A DNA stretch of 64,000 nt from Candidatus Woesebacteria bacterium GW2011_GWF1_31_35. Lineage in GTDB: Bacteria > Patescibacteriota > Microgenomatia > UBA8517. Below the pieces are notes generated by a model. The model had not been told where the DNA came from. It saw nothing but the letters and a program-made list of their open reading frames with translations, and did not search any database. Made by a program: the position numbers and the translations under genes. The stretch covers positions 273,564-337,563 of the forward strand of contig CP011214.1 in NCBI GenBank assembly GCA_001029755.1, written 5' to 3'. Shown here in pieces: positions 39,948-50,223 of the stretch. Positions within the stretch are counted from its first letter, which is position 1; every line of letters starts with the position of its first letter.

Positions 39948-40934
39948 ATGAAAGTCTTTGTAACCAGAAAAATTCCTGGAGAATCTCTTGAAGAACTTAA
40001 AAAAAATAATTTTGAAGTTACTGTCTCAGAATTTGATAGACCATTAACTTCTGAGGAACTTTTAGAAAAATCAAAAGGAGTTGATGCACTTCTCTGTCTT
40101 TTAACAGACAAAATTGATGGTGATTTAATGGATGCAATTGGACCACAACTTAAAATTATTAGTAACTATGCAGTTGGTTTTGACAATATAAACATTGCTG
40201 ACGCAACTGATCGTGGAATTGTTGTTACTAATACCTCATGTGTAGAAGTAGATGAAGCAGTAGCTGAACACACTTGGGCTTTAATTGCATCACTTACTAG
40301 AAGAATAGTTGAGGCAGATGAAACAACCAGAAGGGGAGCATTTAAGGGTTGGGAACCAAATATATTTTTAGGAGTTTCTTTAATTGGAAAAACCTTAGGA
40401 ATTATTGGTTTAGGAGGAATTGGGACCATGGTAGCAAGACGAGCAATAGGCTACAAGATGAATGTTATTTATAACAAAAGGAAAAGAGACGAAGAAGCAG
40501 AAAAAAATCTAGGAGTTAGATATTCCGACTTAGATACACTCTTTAAAGAAAGTGATGTTGTCACACTTCATGTTCCATTAACAGATGAAACTAGGCACAT
40601 GATTAATAAAGAAACTCTTAATAAAATGAAAAAAGGAAGTTTTTTGGTTAATACTGCAAGAGGACCTATTGTTGATGAACATTCCTTAGTTGAAAGTTTA
40701 AAAGATGGACATTTAACTGGTGCTGCACTAGATGTATTTGATAACGAACCAAATATAGACCCAGAACTTATTGGTATGCCAAATGTTATTACAACCCCAC
40801 ACATTGCATCTGCAACACATGAAGCAAGGGAAGCAATGGGAAAATTGGCAGTTTCAGCAATTTTAGAAACTTTTTCTTCTAAGGAACCTATTAATATTGT
40901 TAATAAAGAGGTTTGGGAAAAAAGGAGAAAATGA
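39948..40934 (+). CDS. D-2-hydroxyacid (glyoxylate/D-glycerate) dehydrogenase
   Basis: NYAVGFDNI, GLGGIG, NTARG, PHIAS. Confidence 0.9.
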   Translation: MKVFVTRKIPGESLEELKKNNFEVTVSEFDRPLTSEELLEKSKGVDALLCLLTDKIDGDLMDAIGPQLKIISNYAVGFDNINIADATDRGIVVTNTSCVEVDEAVAEHTWALIASLTRRIVEADETTRRGAFKGWEPNIFLGVSLIGKTLGIIGLGGIGTMVARRAIGYKMNVIYNKRKRDEEAEKNLGVRYSDLDTLFKESDVVTLHVPLTDETRHMINKETLNKMKKGSFLVNTARGPIVDEHSLVESLKDGHLTGAALDVFDNEPNIDPELIGMPNVITTPHIASATHEAREAMGKLAVSAILETFSSKEPINIVNKEVWEKRRK

Positions 40935-41926
40935 TATTTTCAAGAGGAAAGGATGCTGATTTTGAAGATGAAGTTGAGGAAGAAGAGATTCCTAAGAGAA
41001 AATTTAGAGATTTAAGACCAGAAAACCGTAGAGCTCGTAAAGAACCTCCAAAGCCGTGGGGTAAAAAAGAAAGATTAATTGTTTTAATAATACTTTTAGT
41101 TACAGTATTAACTTCAGGAATATTAGCTTTAACTGCAAGAAATTTTAAATTACCAAATTTTCCCAAAATTGGCATTCCGAATCTTTCTAATTTTAATATT
41201 TTTAAAGAACAGGTAATAATTGTGGGGAATAAGGGGACAAAGGTAAACTTAGCTAAAATTGAAAACACCAAAAAACAATTTAAAAGTTTAACTGATGATT
41301 ATTCAGGAATTTATGCATTTTATATCTATGATCTAAATGGAAATTATTTTTATGGAGAAAATTATCAAGAAAAAATGCAAGCAGCATCATTAATTAAACT
41401 GCCTGTAATTTACTTAACATACCTAGAAAGTCAAAAAGGAAACCTTGATATAAATGAATATAGGTCTTACTTAGAAGCAATGGGTAAAAGATCAGATAAT
41501 CAAGCTTTTATAAAAATGGTTTCTATTTTAGGCAAAGAAAATATTAATAAAGCAATAATTAATCTTGGAATGAGTAAAACCTCTTTAGAGGAAAATATTA
41601 CAACACCTGAAGATATCGGTTTGTTTTTTAAGAAACTAAAAAATTATGAAATTTTAAATAAAGAAAATACAGATGAATTTTTAGAATTTTTAACTGATAC
41701 TTCTTTTGAAAAATGGCTAAGACCAGGAATACCATCTGAAATTAGACTTGCCCATAAATATGGTAGAGAAGTACATGCAGTAAATGATGCTGGGATAGTT
41801 TTTAGTGATAAACCTTTTGTTCTTGTAATAATGACTGATGGAGTAGTAGAAAGTGAAGCTGATAAAATATTTCCAGAACTTAGTAAATTATTGTATAATG
41901 ATCAAATAAATGAAAAAACCAATTGA
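40931..41926 (+). CDS. Membrane-anchored class A beta-lactamase-like serine hydrolase
   Basis: ASLIK (SxxK), SDN, HKYG, NDAGIV. Confidence 0.82.
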   Translation: MIFSRGKDADFEDEVEEEEIPKRKFRDLRPENRRARKEPPKPWGKKERLIVLIILLVTVLTSGILALTARNFKLPNFPKIGIPNLSNFNIFKEQVIIVGNKGTKVNLAKIENTKKQFKSLTDDYSGIYAFYIYDLNGNYFYGENYQEKMQAASLIKLPVIYLTYLESQKGNLDINEYRSYLEAMGKRSDNQAFIKMVSILGKENINKAIINLGMSKTSLEENITTPEDIGLFFKKLKNYEILNKENTDEFLEFLTDTSFEKWLRPGIPSEIRLAHKYGREVHAVNDAGIVFSDKPFVLVIMTDGVVESEADKIFPELSKLLYNDQINEKTN

Positions 41927-42575
41927 GTACATAAAGGAATCTTGGACTATCTACACTAAAAGAGAAAATTTTCTATTTTTCTCAAAAGTCATGGCTATCC
42001 TTGTAATTGTTTCCACAGGTTTAAGTTATCTAATTAATTACCTTTATCCAATTAATGTCTGGAAAGATTTTAAGTTTGATAATACTCCAATGTTAGTTGG
42101 TTTTACTTTTTTAATGTTACTTTCAATCGTAATTGGATTCTGGGTTAAAACGGTAACCTATTTGGCTATCTTAACTAAACCTACTGATGATATAAAAACT
42201 TTCTTTAAAAAAGGATTAAAAAGTATTTGGAAGTTTTACTTAATTTCTCTAGTAATTGGAATATTGATATTTTTAGGAAGTTTACTATTAATTATTCCAG
42301 GGATTATTTTCGCGGTTTGGTTTTCCTTCTCAATCTTTTTAATTTTAGATAAAAATTTAAAAATTAAAGACTCTTTATTAAAAAGTAAGTCGTTAGTTAA
42401 AGGAAAGTTTTTAAAAATCTTTGGAAGATTTATTGTATTTGGTTTTGTGATCTTAATAATCCAAACCATATTAGGCTTAATTCCATATATGGGGACAATA
42501 TTAGTAAGTTTTCTGGCTCCTCTTTTTATACTTCCTTTCTATTTACTTTATAGAGATCTACTCGTTAGTAGTTGA
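41910..42575 (+). CDS. Multi-TM membrane protein
   Basis: LLLIIPGIIFAVW...SKSLVKG motif. Confidence 0.65.
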   Translation: MKKPIEYIKESWTIYTKRENFLFFSKVMAILVIVSTGLSYLINYLYPINVWKDFKFDNTPMLVGFTFLMLLSIVIGFWVKTVTYLAILTKPTDDIKTFFKKGLKSIWKFYLISLVIGILIFLGSLLLIIPGIIFAVWFSFSIFLILDKNLKIKDSLLKSKSLVKGKFLKIFGRFIVFGFVILIIQTILGLIPYMGTILVSFLAPLFILPFYLLYRDLLVSS

Positions 42576-44732
42576 GGGGGCTGGTTCTAAAATTTTAGGG
42601 CAAGACAGTTGTTTTTCTTCTAAAAACCATTCCATTCTACTAAAACATTCTTTTTTTATTAATCCTTCTGGTGGAATCCAATTAACAGAATCTTTGTTAT
42701 TAAGTAGGCTTCTTGTAATTTTATTCCAAATTGGTGCAGCTCCTGTTATTCCTGAGGCAATTCTACTCATTGGTGTTCCATCATTATTTCCTACCCAAAC
42801 AGCAACTAAATAATCTTTATTAAATCCAATTGTTAAATTGTCTTTTAAGTCATTACTGGTTCCAGTCTTAACTGCAACTTCAGGATGGTTTGGAATAACC
42901 AACATAGAATTTAATCCAAACGATGGAGATCTTGCTATATTATCTTTAAGTACATCTATTAACAAAAATGCAACTCTTGGATCAAGAACTTTTAAATCTT
43001 CAACATTAAATCTACTCTCCTTTTGAGATAAGAGATTCTCTTTATAATTTTTAACTTCAGTAATTACTTTAATTTCATTTTTAACTCCCATATTTGCAAT
43101 AACAGAATAAACTTGTGCTAAATCTACTAATTTTACTTCTCCTCCACCCAGTGTTAATGAAAGGCCAAATCTAGATCTATCGGTCCAGGTAGTAATTCCC
43201 ATTTTTTCACCCAGATCAATCATCTTACTAACCCCGTAGGAAGCCAATATTTTAACTGCTGGAATATTTCTAGATTCAGCTAGAGCTGATCTTACTGAAA
43301 TCTTACCTCTATAAGTTCCATCATAGTTTTTGGGAGTGTAAGGAGGAAGTCCAGAAACTGAAAAAGTTATTGGAGAATCATCAATAGTTGAGGCAAGTGT
43401 TAAACTATTTGACAAGCTTAAAGCATAGTTTATTACTTTTATTGAAGAGCCAGGTTGTCTTAATCTTGTTGTAACATTTACATTTCCTCCGTTTTTTGTA
43501 TCAAAATAATCTTTACTTCCAACCATGGCTAATACCTCACCATTTTTAGGATCAACTACTAAAACAGCTGCATTTCCTACGTTTAAATTTTTAAGTTTTT
43601 CTAACTCTTCTTTAACTACTTTTTCAGCCATTTCCTGGATTTTAAGATCAAGAGTAGTTGTAACAATTAAACCTCCTTTTAAAACCATTTCTTCACCATA
43701 TTCATCAATAAGTTTTTCTCTAACATACATTACAAAATGGGGGGCTTTGATGTCAGTTTTATTAGGAGCAAAAGTAATTCTTTCTGATAAAAAAACCTCT
43801 TCTTCTTCGGAAGTTATAAACTTGTTAACTCTCATTAGGTGTAAAACTTCTCTTTGTCTTGAAAAAGTTAGATCAGGATTTGGTCCAAAAGGGGAATATC
43901 TGGTAGGACTTTGGGGAAGCCCTGCTAATAGTGCTGACTCTGAAAGAGTTAGACTCCCAACATCTTTTCCAAAATAAAGTCTGGCTGCTTCTTGTATTCC
44001 ATATGCAGTACCTCCATAAGAAACTTCATTTAGGTACATTTCCAGTATTTGGTCTTTAGAAAAATTTAATTCAACACCGATTGATAAAATTAATTCTCTT
44101 AATTTTCTAACATATGTTTTCTCAGATGATAAAAGTGCGTTTTTAACAAGCTGTTGGGTTATGGTTGAGCCACCATTAAGTTTTCCTTCCTTAAGATTTT
44201 TAATTGAAGCTCGAATTATTCCTCTAATTGAAAAGCCGGGATGTTGATAAAATTCAGCATCTTCTGCGGCTAAAGTTGCAAGTCGTGTATTTTCTGGTAT
44301 TTGGGATAGAGTTACTGGAGTCCTGTTTTTATCTTTGTAGATGGTATATAAAAGTTCACCGTTTCTATCATATATTTTTGTAGAAACTGATTGTTCTCTG
44401 GTAATTAAGTCTCTAGGGGAGGGAAGGCCTTTTAAAACTAAAAAGTAGAAGGTAAAAGAAAAAACTAATAGAAAAATAAAAGGCAATAATAATCTTTTTT
44501 TAATTTTAAATTTTGGTAATTTAACACTAACTTTAGGAATAGAAATTTTAATAGGTTTTAATTTTATTTTAAAAGTTAAATTAATAATTCGTCCTATTGC
44601 ATAGAAAATAAAGATAGTAGCTATTAAAATATGGGTTAGGCAAAAATAAAAAGGTTTACCTACAACAATTAAGATTTTAGTAAGTAAACTAAAGGCAGTG
44701 GTGGTTTTTTTAATTTTTCCAGCCACAGGCAT
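42558..44732 (-). CDS. Class A penicillin-binding protein
   Basis: EDAEFY, GGSTITQQLVKN, QPGSSIK, SRN, KTGT. Confidence 0.93.
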   Translation of the reverse strand: MPVAGKIKKTTTAFSLLTKILIVVGKPFYFCLTHILIATIFIFYAIGRIINLTFKIKLKPIKISIPKVSVKLPKFKIKKRLLLPFIFLLVFSFTFYFLVLKGLPSPRDLITREQSVSTKIYDRNGELLYTIYKDKNRTPVTLSQIPENTRLATLAAEDAEFYQHPGFSIRGIIRASIKNLKEGKLNGGSTITQQLVKNALLSSEKTYVRKLRELILSIGVELNFSKDQILEMYLNEVSYGGTAYGIQEAARLYFGKDVGSLTLSESALLAGLPQSPTRYSPFGPNPDLTFSRQREVLHLMRVNKFITSEEEEVFLSERITFAPNKTDIKAPHFVMYVREKLIDEYGEEMVLKGGLIVTTTLDLKIQEMAEKVVKEELEKLKNLNVGNAAVLVVDPKNGEVLAMVGSKDYFDTKNGGNVNVTTRLRQPGSSIKVINYALSLSNSLTLASTIDDSPITFSVSGLPPYTPKNYDGTYRGKISVRSALAESRNIPAVKILASYGVSKMIDLGEKMGITTWTDRSRFGLSLTLGGGEVKLVDLAQVYSVIANMGVKNEIKVITEVKNYKENLLSQKESRFNVEDLKVLDPRVAFLLIDVLKDNIARSPSFGLNSMLVIPNHPEVAVKTGTSNDLKDNLTIGFNKDYLVAVWVGNNDGTPMSRIASGITGAAPIWNKITRSLLNNKDSVNWIPPEGLIKKECFSRMEWFLEEKQLSCPKILEPAPSTTNE

Positions 44733-44770
44733 ATTATATCAAATTATGGGATAAAGTGGATATGAGAAAG

Positions 44771-45484
44771 TTAATCTGTTAATTTAAAAGTTGAGAGGAT
44801 TTGGTTTATTAAAGATTCCTGTGGCTCATTTGATGTAAAATCTGAAGTATTAAAATTAATAACGTAGTTTTTATTTGTGGTAATTAAATAGTTACTTAAG
44901 CCAGTACTTTGTAATTTAAAATAAACAGGATCTTGAGATGCCCAAACAAAATTGTTATTTTTAATATTAAGATTAACAAAACTTACGTATTTACTAATAC
45001 TTTGTGGATCTTGAGGGTCAATCTGTCTCAAAAAGTAATCTTTAGTAGGATATTTGTCACCATTATATCCAATAATAACTGTGATAGCTTTGTTTTGATC
45101 GATTAAAGTAAACGTTGTGTTAGTAGTATCTCCTAGAATTTTAGTGTTATTTGGGTAACGAAATGAGAAACCATATTTATCACTTGTATACATCTTTGTA
45201 TTTATATTTGGTTCAGGAGTTGTGTTTGGTGTAATTGTAGGTTCAATTTGGACAACTGGAGTCGGAGTTGAAGTACCTACTGTTTTTAATTCTGTTAGTT
45301 CCTTTGTTAATTTCTGTGTTTGAAATATTAGAAAACCTATTATAGTTATAGAAACAAACAAAAGAATTGATAATAAAATAGTTAGAAAATTACTTTTTTT
45401 GGGTTTTTCTGGTGTTACCATCTGTTGGTTATCAACTACAGGTATTGTTGATGTTGCTGGTATTGTAGATATTTGATTTTCCAT
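44771..45484 (-). CDS. Membrane-anchored PsbP-like surface protein
   Basis: TM, PT linker, YGFSFRYP, NQILSTFKL. Confidence 0.65.
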   Translation of the reverse strand: MENQISTIPATSTIPVVDNQQMVTPEKPKKSNFLTILLSILLFVSITIIGFLIFQTQKLTKELTELKTVGTSTPTPVVQIEPTITPNTTPEPNINTKMYTSDKYGFSFRYPNNTKILGDTTNTTFTLIDQNKAITVIIGYNGDKYPTKDYFLRQIDPQDPQSISKYVSFVNLNIKNNNFVWASQDPVYFKLQSTGLSNYLITTNKNYVINFNTSDFTSNEPQESLINQILSTFKLTD

Positions 45485-45508
45485 ACTTTTTTAAATTATA
45501 TATTTAAT

Positions 45509-47719
45509 TTATTTTAACGGATATCTGATCATTGCGCTAGAGGAAGCAATTGGACAGTTCATACAATATATCGTTTTTAATGGATCTGTGTATGTTGGTC
45601 TATTTTGGGTTTCAATGTTTTCTGGAGGAGTATCTTTTCCTGAAATCTGTCCTGTTGTTTTATCCAACTGTAAATCTAATGGAACAATATTTGAAGTTGT
45701 TGGCACGGTTCCTTCTATAAAATATTCAAATCTTAAAGGACATCCTGCCTGGGCAGGGTCAGTTGAAAGTGGTGCTCCTCCAGTGTCTGCACAAATATTA
45801 GCTCCAACTACACCACTTGGCTGTAATGGCCAAGAGTGTCCATCATCCTCTGAATCGTAAGTTCCTTTTTCTGATCTATCAAGTGTAAATTTCATAATTT
45901 TATTCCAGATAGGAGACGCTCCTGATACTCCAGAAACTGCTCCACCCATCGGGGTGTTGTTATTATTTCCAACCCAAACAACAACAACTGCTTGTTTGGT
46001 GTAACCAACTGTCCAATTGTCTTTTCTATCATTAGTGGTACCTGTTTTAACAGATACCTCGGGATGATTCTTAACAACTAAATATGAGTTTTCTCCAAAA
46101 GCTTGGCTTCTGGCGTTATTATCGTAAAGGATGTGAGAAATTAGAAAAGTTACGGTTGAATCAATTATCCTTTCTCCTGTTAATTTGTTATTTGAGACTT
46201 TATATTCTTCTAAAACTTTTCCTCTCCAATCGGCTACTTTAGTTATTGCAACAAGTTCTTGTTTGATTCCATCATTTGCAAAAACACCAAAAGCACTTGC
46301 CATATCGTATGGTCTTACTTCTCCACCACCTAAAGTTAACGATAGACCGTAATTTTCAGGATCAATAAAAGTTGTTAAACCCATTTTATTTGCAAATTCA
46401 ACAAAGTTTTCAAGTCCATTTAAGGCTAGTGTTCTTACGGCTGGAATATTATATGAATTACCTAGTGCAAAACGGGTTTGAGTAAGTCCGTGATATGTTC
46501 CATCATAGTTTCTGGGGCAATAAAGAGATTGACCAGCAACTGAAAAACAAGTTGGTACATCAGTAAAAGTTGTAGCAGCAGTAATTTTTTTATCTTTCAA
46601 AGCTAGTGCGTAGTTAATAGGTTTTATAGAAGAACCTGGTTGTCTTTTGGAAAGAATGACATTTACTTTTCCATCTTCATCTTCTGCAAAATAGTCTTTA
46701 CTTCCAACCATTGCCAAGATTTCTCCTGTTGATGGATGAACGACAATTGCAGCACCATTTCCAACTTTTTGTTTTTTTAATTTAGCAACCTCTGTAGCTA
46801 CCTGATCCTGGGCAAATTCTTGTAGGTCTAAATCAAGAGTGGTTGTGACACGAAGTCCACCCTGTTCAACCATTCTCTCTCCATATTTTTCAACTAATTG
46901 ATCTTTTACCCAAAGTGCAAAATGGGGGGCTTTGGGCGTCTCTATTTTTGCATATTTTAATTCTTCCTTAGCTGCATTATCTGCTTCTTCTTGTGTTAAG
47001 TATTTATTATCCACCATTTGTTTTAGAACTTGGGCTTGTCTTTCCTTCGCCAGTTCTGGATGTGCCCCAAATGGAGAATATCTCGTGGGACTTTGGGGAA
47101 GACCTGCAATTAAAGTAGCCTCAGCTAAAGTTAGATCTTTTGCTGTTTTATTAAAATAAAGTTCACTTGCAGATTCAATACCATATGCTGTTGAACCGTA
47201 TGGTATTTGATTTAAATACATTTCTAGTATTTGATCTTTGGAATATATTCCTTCAACTACCATTGTTAGAAAAAATTCTCTTATTTTTCTTCTAATAGTT
47301 CTCTCTGGTGTTAGAAGTGAGTTTTTTACTAACTGTTGTGTAAGTGTTGACCCTCCTTCAAGTTTTCCTCTAGTTATAATTTTGTAAAGAGCTCTTGCCA
47401 TACCTGTGTATGAAAAACCATAGTGTTTGTAAAATTCTTTATCCTCAATTGCAATTGTTGAAGTTTTAACATAGTTGGGTAAATCATTTAGATTTACAGG
47501 ACTTCTTCTCGTATTTGTATAAATTTCAAATATTAATTTTCCATTTCTATCAAGTAATCTAGTTGAAACAGGTATATCGGGGGAGGAAAGTTTTGTTGGA
47601 AGCGGAATTCCCCAAAAAAGCCAGGTGGAAAAAATAATAAGCACTGAGAAGAAGATAACTTTTTTTCTATTTCTTTCTTTTGAAAGATAGCCTTTGATTT
47701 TTGATAAAAATTTCTTCAT
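45509..47719 (-). CDS. Class A penicillin-binding protein
   Basis: EDKEFY, GGSTLTQQLVKN, QPGSSIKP, SYN, KTGT; start moved to MKKFL at 47719. Confidence 0.93.
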   Translation of the reverse strand: MKKFLSKIKGYLSKERNRKKVIFFSVLIIFSTWLFWGIPLPTKLSSPDIPVSTRLLDRNGKLIFEIYTNTRRSPVNLNDLPNYVKTSTIAIEDKEFYKHYGFSYTGMARALYKIITRGKLEGGSTLTQQLVKNSLLTPERTIRRKIREFFLTMVVEGIYSKDQILEMYLNQIPYGSTAYGIESASELYFNKTAKDLTLAEATLIAGLPQSPTRYSPFGAHPELAKERQAQVLKQMVDNKYLTQEEADNAAKEELKYAKIETPKAPHFALWVKDQLVEKYGERMVEQGGLRVTTTLDLDLQEFAQDQVATEVAKLKKQKVGNGAAIVVHPSTGEILAMVGSKDYFAEDEDGKVNVILSKRQPGSSIKPINYALALKDKKITAATTFTDVPTCFSVAGQSLYCPRNYDGTYHGLTQTRFALGNSYNIPAVRTLALNGLENFVEFANKMGLTTFIDPENYGLSLTLGGGEVRPYDMASAFGVFANDGIKQELVAITKVADWRGKVLEEYKVSNNKLTGERIIDSTVTFLISHILYDNNARSQAFGENSYLVVKNHPEVSVKTGTTNDRKDNWTVGYTKQAVVVVWVGNNNNTPMGGAVSGVSGASPIWNKIMKFTLDRSEKGTYDSEDDGHSWPLQPSGVVGANICADTGGAPLSTDPAQAGCPLRFEYFIEGTVPTTSNIVPLDLQLDKTTGQISGKDTPPENIETQNRPTYTDPLKTIYCMNCPIASSSAMIRYPLK

Positions 47720-47742
47720 AGTATATGAAGTATAATAAAAGT

Positions 47743-48252
47743 ATGGACTTAAAGCTAGAAAAAAGAATTTGGTGGAATTATATAGAAGAGGATTTACAGG
47801 AACTATTGGTTCTTTCTGAGTTTCTATCAAACGTAGTTAAAAGCTGGGGAGGGAATTTGCCTGCTGGAAGTAAGGTCTTTCATGATTATTCATTTGTTGT
47901 TTTTCCATCAGCTAAAGCATATGAAGGTTTTTTAAAAAAAGTATTTTTAGATATGGGATTTATTACAAATGAAGATTATCTTGGGAAACATTTTAGAATA
48001 GGAAAATCTCTAAATCCATATCTAGAAGAAAGATTTAGAAATGGTGAAAGTGTTTATGATAGATTGGTTAAATTTTGTGGAGGCAAAGAATTAGCCGATA
48101 CTTTGTGGAATGCGTGGACTACAAGTCGAAACCTTGTGTTTCATTGGTTTCCAAACGAGAAGAAAGCAATTTCTTTTGAGGAAGCTGAAGTGAGAATAAA
48201 ACTTATCATCGACGCTATGGATATGGCATTTAAAGGGTGTAAACTTAAGTAA
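47743..48252 (+). CDS. HEPN-like protein resembling the RNase LS (RnlA) C-terminal domain
   Basis: DYSFVVFPSAKAYEGFLKK and RNLVFH (Rx4H). Confidence 0.6.
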   Translation: MDLKLEKRIWWNYIEEDLQELLVLSEFLSNVVKSWGGNLPAGSKVFHDYSFVVFPSAKAYEGFLKKVFLDMGFITNEDYLGKHFRIGKSLNPYLEERFRNGESVYDRLVKFCGGKELADTLWNAWTTSRNLVFHWFPNEKKAISFEEAEVRIKLIIDAMDMAFKGCKLK

Positions 48253-48263
48253 CTGTTGTTATT

Positions 48264-48902
48264 ATGAAATCTTTTAAAAACGCAATAGGGCTCGCTGTTT
48301 ATTTATTAATAGTTTGGGGATTTTATAGATTTTTATTTCAACTTCCAGAAACAATTGAAGAAATATTTATTAAACCTGTTGTTTGGCTTCTTCCTGTTTT
48401 TTTCTTATTAAGAAGTGAAAAAGAAAAAATTTCATCCCTTGGAGTCACAGTTAAAAACCTCTTTCCAGCGGTTTACTATGCATTAGGCTTGGGTGCATTT
48501 TTTGTTATGGAAGCAATGGTAGTTAACTTTGTTAAATATGGTGGGCAATTTAATTTAGGTGCAAACATTGGAAAACTACCATTTGTTACTTCTTTAGGTC
48601 TTTCATTTGTAACCGCATTTTCAGAAGAAATCACTTTTAGAGGTTATATTTTTACAAGAGTTTGGAAATATTTAAAAAATGAAGTTTTAGCAAATGTTTT
48701 AACAAGTCTTTTCTGGGGGATAGTCCATGTTCCAATTGCTTTTTTTGTTTGGAAATTAGATTTAACTTCAGCTTTAATTTATTTATTTTTAACCACACTT
48801 TTTGGGATGGGAAGTGCCTTTGTATATGCCAGAACCAAAAATATTCTTTCTCCAATCCTTCTCCATGTTCTTTGGCAGTGGCCAATAATACTATTTAGAT
48901 AA
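48264..48902 (+). CDS. CPBP (Abi/CAAX) intramembrane metalloprotease
   Basis: EEITFRG, FWGIVH, ILLH. Confidence 0.88.
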   Translation: MKSFKNAIGLAVYLLIVWGFYRFLFQLPETIEEIFIKPVVWLLPVFFLLRSEKEKISSLGVTVKNLFPAVYYALGLGAFFVMEAMVVNFVKYGGQFNLGANIGKLPFVTSLGLSFVTAFSEEITFRGYIFTRVWKYLKNEVLANVLTSLFWGIVHVPIAFFVWKLDLTSALIYLFLTTLFGMGSAFVYARTKNILSPILLHVLWQWPIILFR

Positions 48903-48945
48903 GTTTGCAGAGGTTTGCTAAGAGGTATATACTTGCAAGTACTCA

Positions 48946-49553
48946 TGAAAGCAAAAATCGTAGGAATAATTACTACACTAATCGTAGCTTTCACCGTACT
49001 TACGGTATCGGTTTTAAAGAGTGCCTCAGTTCCTTATGCCTTTTCTCCCATGGTACTTTCTGAATCAAAAGTAACCGATAAAGACATAAAGATTGATTAT
49101 GTTTTAGCCTACCCCGGAGGAATTCTTCCTGATAGTCCTCTTTGGTATATTAAAGCCTTAAGAGATAAAATCTGGTATGTAGTTACCTTAAATCCTTCCA
49201 AAAAAGTTGAGTTAAATTTACTTTTTGCTGACAAAAGACTTTCTATGGCAGCAAGTTTATTTAAGCAGAATAAACCTGATTTAGGGTTTTCAACTCTTAC
49301 TAAAGCTGAAAAGTATTTAATTAAGGCTATACCTAAAGATGCAAAAGACACAGCCTATCTTAATAAGCTTGCTTTAGCTTCTCTTAAACATAGAGAGGTC
49401 ATTGAAAATGAGATACTTCCTATTTCTTCAGAAGATTTAAAGCCTGAAGTTATTAAATCTATAGATTATTCAAAGGAAACATACAAAAAAGTACGTGATT
49501 TATTAAGGTCCGTTGGGCTAAATCCTTCCCCAAATCCATTCGAAGTGGAGTAA
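48946..49553 (+). CDS. DUF5667-like exported helical protein
   Basis: PGGILPDSPLWYIK...ADKRL. Confidence 0.65.
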
Positions 49554-49681
49554 TAAAGTGATCAAAATTTATTTTTGATTTCCGTTTAATTTCCGCGAGC
49601 AATTTCCCCCTTGACTTTTTTGTGGCTAATTTAGCTTAGAGGTGATATATTTTGAATTAAAAGTTGATAGTTGACTGCCTA

Positions 49682-49723
49682 CCCCTAGTGTTAGATTATC
49701 AATTTTATCACTAGTCCTAGTGT
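49682..49723. promoter_or_regulatory. Candidate tandem NrdR boxes
   Basis: cccCTAgtgtTAGat and tcaCTAgtccTAGtgt match the CwA-N4-TwG core upstream of nrdR-nrdJ; 26-bp spacing is atypical. Confidence 0.5.
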
Positions 49724-49772
49724 TTTTTATTTACATACGTGAAATGAAAAAACATTGTTATTTAAGTAAAAT

Positions 49773-50219
49773 ATGAATTGTCCATTTTGTAATACAAATG
49801 ATACACAAGTCCTTGAATCAAGGGTAACTGATGATGGGCAAAGTTTAAGAAGGAGAAGGGAATGCAGCAAATGTGGTAAAAGATTCACTACACATGAATC
49901 TGTAAAACAATCAGTATTGTGGGTAATTAAAAAGGACGGAAGAAGAGAACCTTTTGATAGAGAAAAAGTTAAAAGGGGAGTTTTAAGATCAATTGAGAAA
50001 AGGCCAGTTTCTTTAGAACTAATTAATGAAATTGTAGATGAGGTTGAAAGAGAGATGTTAAAGGCCGAAAAAGAAGAGATTTCAAGTAAAACAATTGGCA
50101 ATGCAGTTTTAAAAAGACTTAAAAAAATTGATAAAGTAGCTTGGCTTAGGTTTGCAAGTGTTTATTTGGAATTTGAAGATTTAACGGATTTCGAAAAGTT
50201 AATAGAAAAAAATTCTTAA
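49773..50219 (+). CDS. nrdR: Transcriptional repressor NrdR
   Basis: CPFC, RRRREC..C..RFTT, ATP cone, RFASVY. Confidence 0.97.
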   Translation: MNCPFCNTNDTQVLESRVTDDGQSLRRRRECSKCGKRFTTHESVKQSVLWVIKKDGRREPFDREKVKRGVLRSIEKRPVSLELINEIVDEVEREMLKAEKEEISSKTIGNAVLKRLKKIDKVAWLRFASVYLEFEDLTDFEKLIEKNS

Positions 50220-50223
50220 AAAA

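Noticed and set aside
47720-47830. N-terminal extension of the PBP in the ORF track
   Set aside because: Overlaps the divergent gene; MKKFL at 47719 gives a normal PBP N-terminus.
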